Assembly (NCBI RefSeq): GCF_963921235.1
Contig: NC_086097.1
Location: forward strand, 35,962,001-36,026,000
DNA: 64,000 nucleotides
Direction: 5' to 3'
DNA from: Mobula hypostoma
Taxonomy: Eukaryota
Below, piece by piece: positions 62,557 through 64,000 of the stretch (position 1 is the stretch's first letter; each line of letters opens with the position of its first letter). A model generated the notes under the pieces. That model worked only from the letters and a program-made list of their open reading frames with translations. It searched no databases and was not told the DNA's origin. The position numbers and the translations under genes are program-made.

Positions 62557-63109
62557 GTAAAGAGCCATTGTGTAAAGAAACCCTTAAGAGCTTTTATCTT
62601 TGTTCATTCAGGTTCTCCAACAGATTACTAAAAATAAACCCACAGAAGATTGACATTCTAATTGCAACAAATGTAGTGTCTTCTGTTGTCATATTACACA
62701 AAGCAAATACATCTGATTTAAGAGATCATGCAATACAAACCATACCATGCAGAAAAATTAAAATGCATACACAAAGTGTCAAAATTCTCATTCTTAAGCC
62801 ATTAACTACACAAAGCAGTGACAAGTACTGTGTGCTCCTGCTCACCAAAATGGATAAAATTGATCAGGAGTATGTCTGATCGATTGACAGGGTTTGTATT
62901 CCAAGAAAATAATTTTAAAGCCAATTAATCTCACTTGAGAGCAGAACATGCTGGGACAGCCAAGAAATCAGAAAGAGTACGCAAGCCCAGTTAAGCTTTA
63001 TTCAATTGCACAAATATTTTCGCATTGTGCATTTCAACAATATCCACACTGCTATGAAAAATTTGGTCCAAATGATCACGATAGTGAGAAAAGATTGCAG
63101 CATTTAGAA

Positions 63110-64000
63110 AAGGGACACAAGATGCCACAGACATTGGAACGTGGAGCAAAAGAAACGGCTGGAGGAACGCATTGGGTCACAAAGCGTGTGGATACAAAGG
63201 GATGGTTGGTGTTTTATTCAGAGATTCTCCACCATCCATCCGGACTGGGAATGTAGAAGGGAGTTAGATAGAATAAAGAGGTGAGACAGGGGCTAGTAAG
63301 TATTTGGTGGAAACAGGTGAGGAGAAGTGGGAAAGAGGAGAGGTGGGAAAGTTTAGAGACAGAGGCTAATGGATGACAGCTGAAAATAGGTAAGGTAAAA
63401 AATGGACAAATTGACCCTAGTGAGGGAAGGGAAGGGGAGACGTAGAGATAGAGGCTGGAACTTGATGTGGAATGAGGTAAGTGAGGATCAATGTTGAAGT
63501 AGAACTAGATGGAGGAGAGGATAGGAAGTACAAGTTAAAGGAGAAGAAACCTAGCTGGACAAGTATATCAGTGATGGCCAGATGGAACCAGGCAGGGAAG
63601 GCTAATGAATCTATATAATGCAGTAAGTGAGGGGGGTGGAGGGAGTCTGGACAGAAAAGTTCAACAAGGAGAGAGAGAACCAAAGTTGACCAGTAGGAGT
63701 GGGGAAAGGAACAAACAGGATATGGGTTACTGAATCTGGAAAATTCAATATTTAATGCTATTGTGGAGCTACCCATGTGGCATATGAAATGTTCTAATTT
63801 TAGTTTGCCCTTGACCACAACGTGGTAGTGGAGAAGGAGAAGGACTGAGAGATCAATGTGCAAATGGGATAGGAAGTTGCAGTAATCTGCAGCTGGAAAC
63901 TCACACCGGCCATTGCGGGCAGGGCACTCAGGCTGGATGCCTGAGGGCTTGGTATGGTAACTGCTCTGTACTCAACCACAAGAAGGAGTTGTAGTTGCAG
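63110..64000 (-). mobile_element. Old Penelope fragment
   Basis: The minus-strand remnant KLEHFICHMGSSTIALNIEFSRFS resembles the GIY-YIG end, next to purine-rich pLTR-like sequence. Confidence 0.6.

Noticed and set aside
62557..62879. Remainder of the 175-aa ORF 62352-62879
   Set aside because: It is AT-rich, intron-like sequence beyond the donor at 62557. Only the exon-bounded part is plausible.
1..64000. tRNA/rRNA genes, CRISPR arrays, prokaryotic operons or intact endogenous viral genes
   Set aside because: None were recognisable. Nearly all listed short ORFs are transposon remnants, their antisense frames, or chance ORFs.

Overview
This is vertebrate genomic DNA, most likely from a cartilaginous fish such as a ray. 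That assignment is inferred from the HE1/V-type SINE and the CR1, Rex1/Babar and Penelope repeat landscape. Well over half of the window is decayed, often nested transposable elements: Rex1/Babar, CR1, L1, a HERO-like RLE element, Penelope, Gypsy LTR elements, hAT elements and Tc1/mariner-type MITEs. One host gene is clearly recognisable: a compact SERTAD4-like gene on the minus strand, with two coding exons at about 27.0-27.7 kb and a probable CpG promoter near 52 kb. Two further unidentified gene starts are suggested by splice and Kozak signals: one on the minus strand at about 12.4-13.3 kb and a plus-strand exon at 62414-62556. The most notable structures are about a dozen minimal hammerhead-ribozyme motifs in Penelope pLTRs (including a 330-bp fold-back), a hAT element that captured flanking DNA through a cryptic end, and an unresolved start codon in the SERTAD4-like gene. 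I cannot support a wholly new biological system from this sequence. Many repeat boundaries are approximate and were read by eye.
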